A stretch of DNA of 64,000 nucleotides from NCBI GenBank assembly GCA_041650935.1, contig JBAZKH010000003.1:37269-101268 (forward strand), read 5' to 3'. Of the stretch, positions 50,966-59,391 are shown piece by piece; position 1 is the stretch's first letter; each line of letters starts with the position of its first letter. The DNA is from Candidatus Omnitrophota bacterium. Its GTDB lineage: Bacteria; Omnitrophota; Gorgyraeia; 2-01-FULL-45-10. Made by a program: the position numbers and the translations under genes. The notes beneath the pieces were generated by a model that saw nothing but the letters and a program-made list of their open reading frames with translations, had not been told where the DNA came from and made no database searches.

Positions 50966-51577
50966 CTATACTTTTTGAGATAGAAAGTATGCTATGGTAT
51001 CGATAGCGCCTTTACGTATCATCATAACAGCTATGGCGGCGAGAAGAAGATGCGCTATCTTCGATATGGCTTTCGAGCCTGCCTTGCCCAGAAACCGAGA
51101 AATAACGTCCGCGAATAGAAAAGTCACCCATACTATCACCAGGTTGGCAACGAACGAAGCTACGGTAGGTATGACACCATAAAGGTCGAGCAGTATTATA
51201 ATCGTAGTAAGCACTGCCGGCCCTGTGATAAGAGGCGTCCCTATAGGGACCGCCCCCATGGTATCCGCGGATAATTTACGTTTCTTCTCATACTGCAAAA
51301 GGTCTCTTAACGCAATCGTAAGGAGCACTATTCCGCCGGCTATCTTGAAATCCGAAACCCGGACACCGAGTATCCCGAATATCCATTTGCCCAGGAAGAG
51401 GAATAGTATGCCTATTACGAATGCCGTTATTATCGACTGGCTTATTATCTTCCACTTTTCGCGTTTCTTGAGATTCTCGGTAAAGCCCATGAACATCGGT
51501 AGGATCCCGATGGCATCCATTGCCACAAATATAGGTATGAAGGATAACAAAAATGCTTGCATATTGCCCCCAGGCAA
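50966..51577 (-). CDS. MarC family (UPF0056) membrane protein
   Basis: Typical MarC layout of two three-transmembrane halves. Confidence 0.8.
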   Translation of the reverse strand: MPGGNMQAFLLSFIPIFVAMDAIGILPMFMGFTENLKKREKWKIISQSIITAFVIGILFLFLGKWIFGILGVRVSDFKIAGGIVLLTIALRDLLQYEKKRKLSADTMGAVPIGTPLITGPAVLTTIIILLDLYGVIPTVASFVANLVIVWVTFLFADVISRFLGKAGSKAISKIAHLLLAAIAVMMIRKGAIDTIAYFLSQKV

Positions 51578-51641
51578 AAAGGCAGGGATACGGTTTATTT
51601 ATTTAAACCATTGCCCTGCCTTGTGCTAAATTTTTTAGGAA

Positions 51642-51830
51642 TTACCGAACCGATAATTTGCCCTTAACGATCCTCTCCGCTTCCAGCCAATCATCCATAG
51701 AATGACCCGGCTTGCGGCCCCTCTTCTCGTAGAGTTCGAATGCTTTCTTCTCAACAAGCTTAGAAATATCCTCTTTTGTCATAGTTGGGTTTGAGGACTT
51801 ACCCAGCTTGAATGTGGTGGTTCTTGCCAT
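51642..51830 (-). CDS. Small DUF2934-like protein
   Basis: 62 aa with a DDWLEAER motif. Confidence 0.5.
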   Translation of the reverse strand: MARTTTFKLGKSSNPTMTKEDISKLVEKKAFELYEKRGRKPGHSMDDWLEAERIVKGKLSVR

Positions 51831-51895
51831 ACTACCCTCCTTTCGATTTTTTCGAAGTGTACCGTGGAATTATAATTATACTCATTTCCAAATCT

Positions 51896-53545
51896 TTATG
51901 CAATAGAAATCTTCAAAAAGTTAGGAACAGGCTTTTTAAGCAGCCTGTACACATTCCGCAGGTGTGTAAGGTACAATTTGTCGAACGGGTTATCACTGCC
52001 GGCATGCGCATGGCCCTGATACCACCAGTTCCAATCGCTTCCTTCGGAAATATAAAACTCTCTCCAGGCTGAAATTACAGCCGGCGACCCGGCGCCCATA
52101 TCTTTGGTAAACCCGGCCAGGTCTTTACGGACTTGCGCAAGGTAGTCCCACGACACATTGTCCTGTTCATCCCCTATCCAGATATCAAAATTATGATTGA
52201 TCCATGAACCGGGATATATTTTAGACAGCGTCTTCCTTGCCGGTTCCACGGAAAGATAGTCCGTTACGGTAGTCGAGCACAGGTCATCCTGTTTATCCAG
52301 ATTTCCATAAAGAGTCTCGAAAAATTGCCTTCCGTTATCCTCATAATATTCCCACGCGTTCTCACCGTCCATCACGATGGTCAAAAGCGCCCTATCCATA
52401 TCGCGCCTGAGGTTCTGCGCTATCCGGCTGAAATGGCCGATAAGGTCCCATGCCGCATCCTTCGGATTCCATGAATTATACCCAAAGCTTATGATATCCG
52501 AAAGGTTCTTGTCCCTGAAGACCATCGCCATGCTCCCGGAACCTTTCTTCACTTTATAGGGACAATATATGACCCTTCTGTCGAAAGATTCCGCATCTTT
52601 GTATATTTTATTAGACGAAGAGAGAGAGCGGAAGAGGATATCTTCATCCGTGGCGGCCCATTTTATGCCCTTGGAGATAGCTATCTCTATCGCCTCATCC
52701 GAAACACTGCCTTCGGACGGCCACATGCCCCGCGGCTTCATACCGAACTGCCGGGCGTGATAGTTAACGGCCTCTTCTATCTGCCATGCGGCATCTTCGG
52801 GATGCGCGAATCTAGCCGGCTGATCTTTTTTGGGAGAAGAGACTCGGGCGATAGATGTATCACAAAGGAGAGGAAGTATCGGATGGTAAAACGGCGTTGC
52901 GGTAATCTCGATCTTCCCCTCGTCCTGCATTTTTCTGTATAGGGGGATGATCTTGCCCATTATCTCCCTCTGCCGGGAGACAATATAATCTTTATCCGCC
53001 TCGCTGTATCCTTCTTTTTTTTCTACGAGGTTCTTTAAGTTAACGTCTGCATCTATGCTTATGGAATGGAACCATGCCATATTGAAGAGGACCTGGAGGT
53101 CCAAAAAATCCTGGTCCGAAAAAGTATTTACCATCCGCTTCAGCGCGGCGCCGGAAAGCGATTTTACGCCTTTTTTAAAAAGGAGGTCTGTGTACCTTGC
53201 GCTGGGTTCGATGAAACGTTTGAAGTTTACCTTAAAAAAATTGTTCAGGATAAAGACCTTATCTTCGAACGTCAGGGCGGACGCCCGCCTTAAGGTCATG
53301 TCGAGGAATGTATCCGTAGCCCGGGAGCGGGCATAATCGTCGATCTGCTCTAAGAGCGAGGGAACCAGATTGAAGGTGGGCCTGATATCGTCGAATTTAT
53401 CGACGAGGGCGGCCATGGGGAAGTAATCTTTAACGCCGTGCAGCCGCACCCACGGCATCATATACTCGTTTGAAAGCGTATCTTTGTAAAATGGCTGGTG
53501 CATGTGCCAGATAAAGGCAATGCCCAGTGTCTTGTTTGTGTTCAT
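51896..53545 (-). CDS. Glycoside hydrolase family 57 alpha-glucan enzyme (branching enzyme or amylase type)
   Basis: N-terminal AFIWHMHQPFY motif and 549 aa length. Confidence 0.85.
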   Translation of the reverse strand: MNTNKTLGIAFIWHMHQPFYKDTLSNEYMMPWVRLHGVKDYFPMAALVDKFDDIRPTFNLVPSLLEQIDDYARSRATDTFLDMTLRRASALTFEDKVFILNNFFKVNFKRFIEPSARYTDLLFKKGVKSLSGAALKRMVNTFSDQDFLDLQVLFNMAWFHSISIDADVNLKNLVEKKEGYSEADKDYIVSRQREIMGKIIPLYRKMQDEGKIEITATPFYHPILPLLCDTSIARVSSPKKDQPARFAHPEDAAWQIEEAVNYHARQFGMKPRGMWPSEGSVSDEAIEIAISKGIKWAATDEDILFRSLSSSNKIYKDAESFDRRVIYCPYKVKKGSGSMAMVFRDKNLSDIISFGYNSWNPKDAAWDLIGHFSRIAQNLRRDMDRALLTIVMDGENAWEYYEDNGRQFFETLYGNLDKQDDLCSTTVTDYLSVEPARKTLSKIYPGSWINHNFDIWIGDEQDNVSWDYLAQVRKDLAGFTKDMGAGSPAVISAWREFYISEGSDWNWWYQGHAHAGSDNPFDKLYLTHLRNVYRLLKKPVPNFLKISIA

Positions 53546-53560
53546 CCAGGCAGCAGCGCT

Positions 53561-53995
53561 TTACTGCTGTGCCGGTGCCGCCTGCGGTGCCGCTTCAGCT
53601 TTAGGCATCTCTACAGGAGGAGTCTCATCTTCCTTTTCCACTATAACCGATTTTGCGAGATTCTTACCGGCGGATACCACATAGATCACATCGGCCCAAT
53701 TCCCCTGCTTCACATCGTTAATAGAGGCCGCGTTTTCCATCTTTGTGCTGCTGTCGACGGTTATATCGATAGTCTTCTCTTCATCGCTATCGTAATCATA
53801 ATACTGCACCGTCATCGAACTCGCGGCAGTATTAACCGTCTTCACTTCCCCATAAATCGATACATCCTGGGGCTGAGCAGCCGGTGCCTGCGCCGGAATC
53901 GTCTGCTCGGCGGCGGCAGGGGGTTGATTATCCTGGCAATATCCACAGCCTGCAAATAACCCGACTATTAGCATGGCCAAAACATAACGTTTCAT
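53561..53995 (-). CDS. Hypothetical lipoprotein with a low-complexity Pro/Ala/Gln-rich N-terminus
   Basis: Lipobox FAGC. Confidence 0.45.
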   Translation of the reverse strand: MKRYVLAMLIVGLFAGCGYCQDNQPPAAAEQTIPAQAPAAQPQDVSIYGEVKTVNTAASSMTVQYYDYDSDEEKTIDITVDSSTKMENAASINDVKQGNWADVIYVVSAGKNLAKSVIVEKEDETPPVEMPKAEAAPQAAPAQQ

Positions 53996-54009
53996 ATTCT
54001 ACCTCCGAT

Positions 54010-54210
54010 TTGTTATTATCTAACTTTAGACAAATCGTCCCGAGCTGCCACTGTCTAACTCCGGCAGCGAGGGACTACCTTATTGCATTTAACTTTAGAC
54101 AAATCGTACCGTGATTTGCCATTATCTCACTCTTGCAAATCATCCCGAGGTGCAACAATCTAACTCCAGCACCGAGGGAATATCTTTAAATCTCACTCTC
54201 GCAAAGCCTA
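54010..54210. repeat. Two tandem units, each containing a hairpin that presents a CTAACTCC loop; the stems differ between units by compensatory changes
   Basis: 54038-54074: TCCCGAG-CTGCC-actgtCTAACTCC-GGCAG-CGAGGGA. 54143-54179: TCCCGAG-GTGC-aacaatCTAACTCCa-GCAC-CGAGGGA. Flanking direct repeats TAACTTTAGACAAATCGT. Confidence 0.45.
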
Positions 54211-54213
54211 TCC

Positions 54214-54564
54214 TTACGGCTTGCTCACCTTACCCTGTAATTCTTTGCTCTCGGCCAGAAGCTTATCATAAGCGGCCTTAAGGGTTATCTTCTCGTCAAG
54301 TATCTTATCGTATTCGCCCTTCAATGCGGTCTTTTCGTTTGTCAGCGTCTCCATCTTGGTAGCCAGGTCCATTTTGTCCTTCAAAAGGTTATCGTACTCT
54401 TTCTTAAGCGCATCCTTAGAAGCCGTAAGCACCGTGACTTTCTCTTCCAGCACTATCTTTTCATTCAAAAGAGCTTCGTATTTATCCTTTGGGACGCCAC
54501 AGCCTGCCAATGCGATAAGAGATATCGCTACCGCAAAAAGTGTAAAAAATTTCGTATACTTCAT
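54214..54564 (-). CDS. Coiled-coil lipoprotein
   Basis: Lipobox LAGC, then heptad-rich repeats (KDALKKEYDNLLKDKMDL…). Confidence 0.5.
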   Translation of the reverse strand: MKYTKFFTLFAVAISLIALAGCGVPKDKYEALLNEKIVLEEKVTVLTASKDALKKEYDNLLKDKMDLATKMETLTNEKTALKGEYDKILDEKITLKAAYDKLLAESKELQGKVSKP

Positions 54565-54578
54565 TAAAGTGCTCCCCC

Positions 54579-55037
54579 TTATTGCTTAACCAGATACTTT
54601 TCTAATTCAGCCCATGTCTTAGGGCCAACCTTACCGTCGGCTTTAAGGCCTTTGGATTTCTGGAACTCTTCGATCGCCCTCTTTGTCTTCGGGCCGACCT
54701 TGCCGTCTATGGCGCCCGCATAAAGTCCCGCATTTTTCAAGGCCATCTGGATATCCTTATTCCGGGTCTCTTCCACCTGAGAAACAACCTGCTGCTGGGC
54801 GGGTTTTCCGGCTACCTGCGGTGCCGCCGAAGGCGGTATCGTCTCGGTTGCCACTGTCTGGGCCGGTTCGGGCGTAGCTAAAGTCTCTCCTCCGGCTGAA
54901 GGAGTGGACATTGCTTCAGGCATGGCCGCGCTTGTATCAAGCTCCTGCGGCTTCTCAACCTTACCCTTGCACCCTAATATAGCAAGTGGCAGAAGAACCA
55001 ATGCCACGAGAGCTATCGTCAAAAATCTTTTATTCAT
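54579..55037 (-). CDS. Peptidoglycan-binding (PG_binding_1) domain lipoprotein
   Basis: Lipobox, and at the C-terminus IQMALKNAGLYAGAIDGKVGPKTKRAIEEFQ. Confidence 0.65.
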   Translation of the reverse strand: MNKRFLTIALVALVLLPLAILGCKGKVEKPQELDTSAAMPEAMSTPSAGGETLATPEPAQTVATETIPPSAAPQVAGKPAQQQVVSQVEETRNKDIQMALKNAGLYAGAIDGKVGPKTKRAIEEFQKSKGLKADGKVGPKTWAELEKYLVKQ

Positions 55038-55137
55038 CTAACCCTCCTTTCTAATTGTTTTGTCAGATGATTTTACATGAATAGAATTATACCGCCAGTA
55101 CCGGCTTTGTCAAGCTATATCTAGCTCCCTTATCTAG

Positions 55138-55971
55138 CTATCCGGCCGTCCCAAACCTCGTAGTTATAACGGCTCCGAAACCGACAGCCAGAAATAGCGC
55201 TTTTACAACCTGGCCCGCTACCGGCACAAACCCTATAAAGAACAGGATGAGTATACCTATAATGGCATTCAAGAATAGGTGGGTAGCGCCCTTTTTGAAC
55301 GAAATCAACACGCTCCGCCCGATAAATATCGCGGAGGCGATATATCCGGTTATCAACGCAAGCGCCACCATCAGCATTTCAAGCGGGATCAGTAATATAC
55401 CTATTATACTGATTGCCAGCAGAATAGCTATGGGAACTATCAACACCATCCAAAGTATACCCCACAAAAGCATCGTTACAAATGAACTGCGTATCGTATT
55501 TACGACATTGGTCATGTGCCGCGGGATAAGCGCAACGAGCAGCATGGCCAGGCCCAGGAAACCAAGCAGGACGAGCAGGCTTATCGTTGCCCAGACGGCC
55601 ATCCAGCCGCCCTTCAGCATAGTATGTAAAGACGGGATGAAATGCGGAATATCGATCTCGCTTATCTTCCCGCCGATCTCGGCGCCGGGCTCTTTAATGC
55701 ATCTCCCGCCCACCACCACTACATGCTCGGCTACATACGCGCCTTTCTTCAGCTCGACCGAGCCCCCGACGACAACGATGCCGTTATTCACCCTGCCGGA
55801 GATGGTCGCCTTACCGCCCACCACAACAACATCGTCTACAACCGTACCCGGCGGGACATCTGCGTCCGTATAAAATTTCACTACTTCCTGCCCTGCCGCG
55901 AACACGCATGCAGCAGAGAAGATAACAGCAAATATAGTAACTACGATAACTAATCGTTTATTCATAGTCAC
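55138..55971 (-). CDS. Membrane protein with an N-terminal bactofilin-like (polymer-forming, beta-helical) repeat region
   Basis: VVVVGGKATISGRVNNGIVVVGGSVELKKGAYVAEHVVVVGG repeats followed by four or five transmembrane helices. Confidence 0.45.
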   Translation of the reverse strand: MTMNKRLVIVVTIFAVIFSAACVFAAGQEVVKFYTDADVPPGTVVDDVVVVGGKATISGRVNNGIVVVGGSVELKKGAYVAEHVVVVGGRCIKEPGAEIGGKISEIDIPHFIPSLHTMLKGGWMAVWATISLLVLLGFLGLAMLLVALIPRHMTNVVNTIRSSFVTMLLWGILWMVLIVPIAILLAISIIGILLIPLEMLMVALALITGYIASAIFIGRSVLISFKKGATHLFLNAIIGILILFFIGFVPVAGQVVKALFLAVGFGAVITTRFGTAG

Positions 55972-57131
55972 CTTCCTGTTTGCAAAGTTTTCAAAAATCT
56001 TTCGATCCGGATCAACGCTTCTTTCAGCTTATCGAAACCCGTAGCGTATGATATCCTTATATACCCTTCGCCGGATACGCCAAATGCCGTACCCGGCACA
56101 ACGGCTACCTTCTCCTTCTTTAACAGGCGGCTCGAAAATTCCAATGAAGAAAGGCCGAACCGTTTTATGGACGGGAACGCGTAGAATGCGCCTTCCGGCT
56201 TATGACAGACAAGACCTATCTCATTGAGACGCGCTATGATAAATTCGCGCCTCCTCCTGTACTCGCGCTTCATCTCTTCTACGGCGCGTTCGCCGTTTTT
56301 GAGCGCCTCGACCGCAGCCATCTGCGAAGTTATGGGCACGCACATCATCGTATACTGGTGGATCTTCGTCATGGCGGCTATCACATCTTTCGGGCCGCAG
56401 GCATAGCCTATCCTCCATCCCGTCATGGCAAATGCTTTCGAAAAACCGTTCAAATATATGGTCCGCTCCTTCATGCCGGAGAGCGTTGGAAAAGGCGTAT
56501 GGGCAAAGTCATAGGTAAGATCGCAATATATCTCGTCGCTGACCATGATAAGGTTCTTCCGTTTTATCACATCGGCTATCTTTTTAAGCTCTTTCTTTGA
56601 ATAGGAATTGCCGGTGGGATTATTCGGATAGTTCAATACTATGGCTTTGGTCTTTTTATCGCAGGCACCGGCGATATCTTTAGGCGCAACTTTAAAATCG
56701 CCTGCCGGTCCCGTTTTGACGGGGAGGGCGCGGCCGCCGCATATCGTAACGACCGGCGCGTACGAAACGTATGTCGGCTCCTGCACAAGCACGCTGTCGC
56801 CCCTGTCCAATATGGCCCTTACGGCAAGATCATAGCCTTCGCTCACCCCGACGGTAACAAGTATCTCGTCTTCCGGATCGTAGTCCAACCCATATTTACG
56901 TTTCAGGTAACGCGCGATTTCGCCGCGAAGCTCCGGCGTGCCCTTATTGGATGTGTACGAGGTATAACCTTCCTCAAGCGAAAATATCGCCCGCTCCCGG
57001 ATGTTCCACGGCGTAACGAAATCCGGCTCTCCGACGCCGAGCGATATCACGTCCTTCATGCCCATGACAAGATCGAAAAAAACGCGTATCCCGGACGAGG
57101 GGATCTGCTGAACAAGTTTAGAGGTTTTCAT
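55968..57131 (-). CDS. Class I/II pyridoxal-phosphate aminotransferase (aspartate or aromatic type)
   Basis: Fold-type I motifs including the SKAFAMTGWRIGY Lys region. Confidence 0.88.
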   Translation of the reverse strand: MKTSKLVQQIPSSGIRVFFDLVMGMKDVISLGVGEPDFVTPWNIRERAIFSLEEGYTSYTSNKGTPELRGEIARYLKRKYGLDYDPEDEILVTVGVSEGYDLAVRAILDRGDSVLVQEPTYVSYAPVVTICGGRALPVKTGPAGDFKVAPKDIAGACDKKTKAIVLNYPNNPTGNSYSKKELKKIADVIKRKNLIMVSDEIYCDLTYDFAHTPFPTLSGMKERTIYLNGFSKAFAMTGWRIGYACGPKDVIAAMTKIHQYTMMCVPITSQMAAVEALKNGERAVEEMKREYRRRREFIIARLNEIGLVCHKPEGAFYAFPSIKRFGLSSLEFSSRLLKKEKVAVVPGTAFGVSGEGYIRISYATGFDKLKEALIRIERFLKTLQTGR

Positions 57132-57170
57132 AATAACTCGCTTTTGGGTATAGGGTATCGTAGATAGGGC

Positions 57171-57203
57171 GTAAAAAATCTACGCCTATCTAATATATCC
57201 CAT
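57171..57203. promoter_or_regulatory. Perfect 12-bp inverted repeat with a 7-bp spacer upstream of the aminotransferase gene and downstream of lrp
   Basis: TAGATAGGGCGTA-aaaaatc-TACGCCTATCTA, flanked by GGGTATCG…CCATACCC. No T-run, so more likely an operator than a terminator. Confidence 0.35.
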
Positions 57204-57224
57204 CTACCATACCCTTTATCCTAT

Positions 57225-57710
57225 TTACAGACTAATCGCCGGCCGTTTACTCTTTTCCGGCTGTTTTAATATATCTCCGTCTTCTTTATATTTTTTCAGG
57301 ATAAAATGCGTCACTGTGCCCCGCACGTTCTCCATGGGCGACAGTTTCTCCGCGACGAAATTGGAGACCGTATGTATACTCTTTCCCTCTACCACAACAA
57401 GCAGGTCGTAGGTCCCGGACATAAGGTAGCAGCTTGTCACCTCCGGGAACTGATATACCCTCTCGGCGATGTGATCAAAGCCGAGGTTCTTCTGCGGCGT
57501 AACTTTGACCTCAATAAGGGCACGAACGCCCGAGGCCTCATCGCGTATAAGCTCCTTGTTTATAATCGCCTTATATTTTAATATCACACCATCTTTTTCC
57601 AGCTTCTTAATCTCATTTTTAACAGCCCTCGGCGTCATGCCCAGCATCCCGGCTATCTCTTCAGGCGTCGCACGCGCGTCCTTATCCAGTATCTCCAGTA
57701 TTTCGTTCAT
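57225..57710 (-). CDS. lrp: Lrp/AsnC family transcriptional regulator
   Basis: HTH_AsnC N-terminus and an RAM domain. Confidence 0.88.
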   Translation of the reverse strand: MNEILEILDKDARATPEEIAGMLGMTPRAVKNEIKKLEKDGVILKYKAIINKELIRDEASGVRALIEVKVTPQKNLGFDHIAERVYQFPEVTSCYLMSGTYDLLVVVEGKSIHTVSNFVAEKLSPMENVRGTVTHFILKKYKEDGDILKQPEKSKRPAISL

Positions 57711-57830
57711 ATAGTCTCCTCTTTAATATACTTTAGTTAAACCGACTCTAGTAGATAGGGGAAAAAGTCTGTCAGACTTACTATCCACTCCCATTCCACC
57801 CCGGGGTGGAAAAGATTATCCACTATCCAC

Positions 57831-57870
57831 TAAAAAGGGGCTTCCTCACTTTTTCCGAGGAGAGCCCCTT
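57831..57870 (-). terminator. Rho-independent terminator after the 57894-58412 gene
   Basis: AAGGGGCT…AGCCCCTT stem, followed by TTTTTA on the minus strand. Confidence 0.5.
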
Positions 57871-57893
57871 AGTTTTGCATTTATGCTTTGCGT

Positions 57894-58412
57894 CTACTTG
57901 GTCTCTCCTTCTCCTGCCCCTGCTCCTCCGGCGGCTTCTGCCGACGCACCCTCGTACTTACTCAAAAGCTCCCATGTCTTCGAGCCGACTATGCCATCCG
58001 CCGTCAAACCGTTCGCCCTCTGGAACTCTTTTATCGCCTTCTTGGTGGCCCTGCCCTTAACTCCGTCGACCTTTCCTTTATAAAAACCGGCATTCTTGAG
58101 GCATACCTGGATCTCTTTAGCGCGTCCTTTAATCTTCGAAGAGGTCGACCCTGTCCTGGTGGTTATATTTGTCGTAACCGCGCTTTCCCGCGTAGTCTTT
58201 ATATCTTCGATCGTCTGAGCCTGCTGACTTACCATGCGTTCGCTTTCGAGCTGTTTCGACTCGACGGAATCCAGCCTTGATTCCAGCGTATCAACTTTCG
58301 ATTTGATGCCCGAAACCTCTTCCTTGAATTTTTTCGGTACGGTACTGCACCCGGATACAAAAACTACCGTAGATACCACCGCAACTGCAAACAATAAGTT
58401 TTTCCTTCCCAT
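57894..58412 (-). CDS. Peptidoglycan-binding domain lipoprotein (paralog of 54579-55037)
   Basis: Lipobox VSGC, a coiled-coil segment, and C-terminal IQVCLKNAGFYKGKVDGVKGRATKKAIKEFQRANGL. Confidence 0.65.
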   Translation of the reverse strand: MGRKNLLFAVAVVSTVVFVSGCSTVPKKFKEEVSGIKSKVDTLESRLDSVESKQLESERMVSQQAQTIEDIKTTRESAVTTNITTRTGSTSSKIKGRAKEIQVCLKNAGFYKGKVDGVKGRATKKAIKEFQRANGLTADGIVGSKTWELLSKYEGASAEAAGGAGAGEGETK

Positions 58413-58475
58413 CCCTATCCTCCTATTCGCAAATATTGTAAAGAGTATATCTTATAATCTTAAAAAAAACAATTA

Positions 58476-59252
58476 TTATTTCAGATATTTGGCCGCTTCT
58501 TTTACGCCGGCGCCCTTGTGGACGATCTCGCGTATCGCCTTAAGCATTCCTACGGCATTTTCGGACTGCCAGATATTCCTCCCCATATCGACACCCTTGG
58601 CGCCGTCCGCCATAGCGCTGCGGGCAAGCTTCAACGCATCGAGCTCCGTCTTCAGTTTCGGCCCGCCGGCTATCACGAGCGGCACAGGGCAAGCCTTCAC
58701 AACCTTTTCGAAATCGCTGCAGTAATATGTCTTCACCATCTGCGCGCCGAGTTCGGCCGCTATCCTGCAGCATAATCCCAGATATCGCGCATCCCTCTTC
58801 TCAAGCTCTTTACCGACGGCCGTCACGGCAAGGACCGGCATCCCGTACCGCTGGCCCTCGTTCACAAGAGCGCTCAAAGCCGTCAGGGTGCTGTTCTCGT
58901 GCTCCGTGCCCACGTATATCGAAAACGCGACGGCGGATACATTAAGGCGTATGGCATCTTCCATCGAGACCTGTATGCTTTCGTTCGACAGGGCCGGGCC
59001 CGCGATACTATTCCCGCCGGAAACGCGCAGGATCACCGGGATATCCAAGGAAGCGTCGACGCAATTACGCAGGACACCGCGCGTAAGCATAAGGGCATCG
59101 GTGAACGGAACGAGCGGCTTGATGGTCCCGGCAGGGTCTTCGAGCTTGGAGACCGGGCCCAAAAAATATCCGTGATCCACGGCAAGCCAAATAGCCTTAC
59201 CGGTTTCGGGTCTTATTAACCGCGACATCCTGTTCTTCATTCCCCAATCCAT
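58476..59252 (-). CDS. DhnA-type class I aldolase (fructose-bisphosphate aldolase or ADH-synthase family)
   Basis: AIWLAVDHGYFLGP… with a Schiff-base Lys region. This is the archaeal-type FbaB/DhnA fold. Confidence 0.82.
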   Translation of the reverse strand: MDWGMKNRMSRLIRPETGKAIWLAVDHGYFLGPVSKLEDPAGTIKPLVPFTDALMLTRGVLRNCVDASLDIPVILRVSGGNSIAGPALSNESIQVSMEDAIRLNVSAVAFSIYVGTEHENSTLTALSALVNEGQRYGMPVLAVTAVGKELEKRDARYLGLCCRIAAELGAQMVKTYYCSDFEKVVKACPVPLVIAGGPKLKTELDALKLARSAMADGAKGVDMGRNIWQSENAVGMLKAIREIVHKGAGVKEAAKYLK

Positions 59253-59391
59253 ATGTCCTCCTAGCTAACTGACTTTAATGACAAATTTCAAATTACAAAA
59301 TCCAAATCAATCATTTAAATCCAACTATTTTAATTTTGGTCATTAACGATTGATTTGTCATTTGGATTTTGTCATTTGTTATTACATAGTT

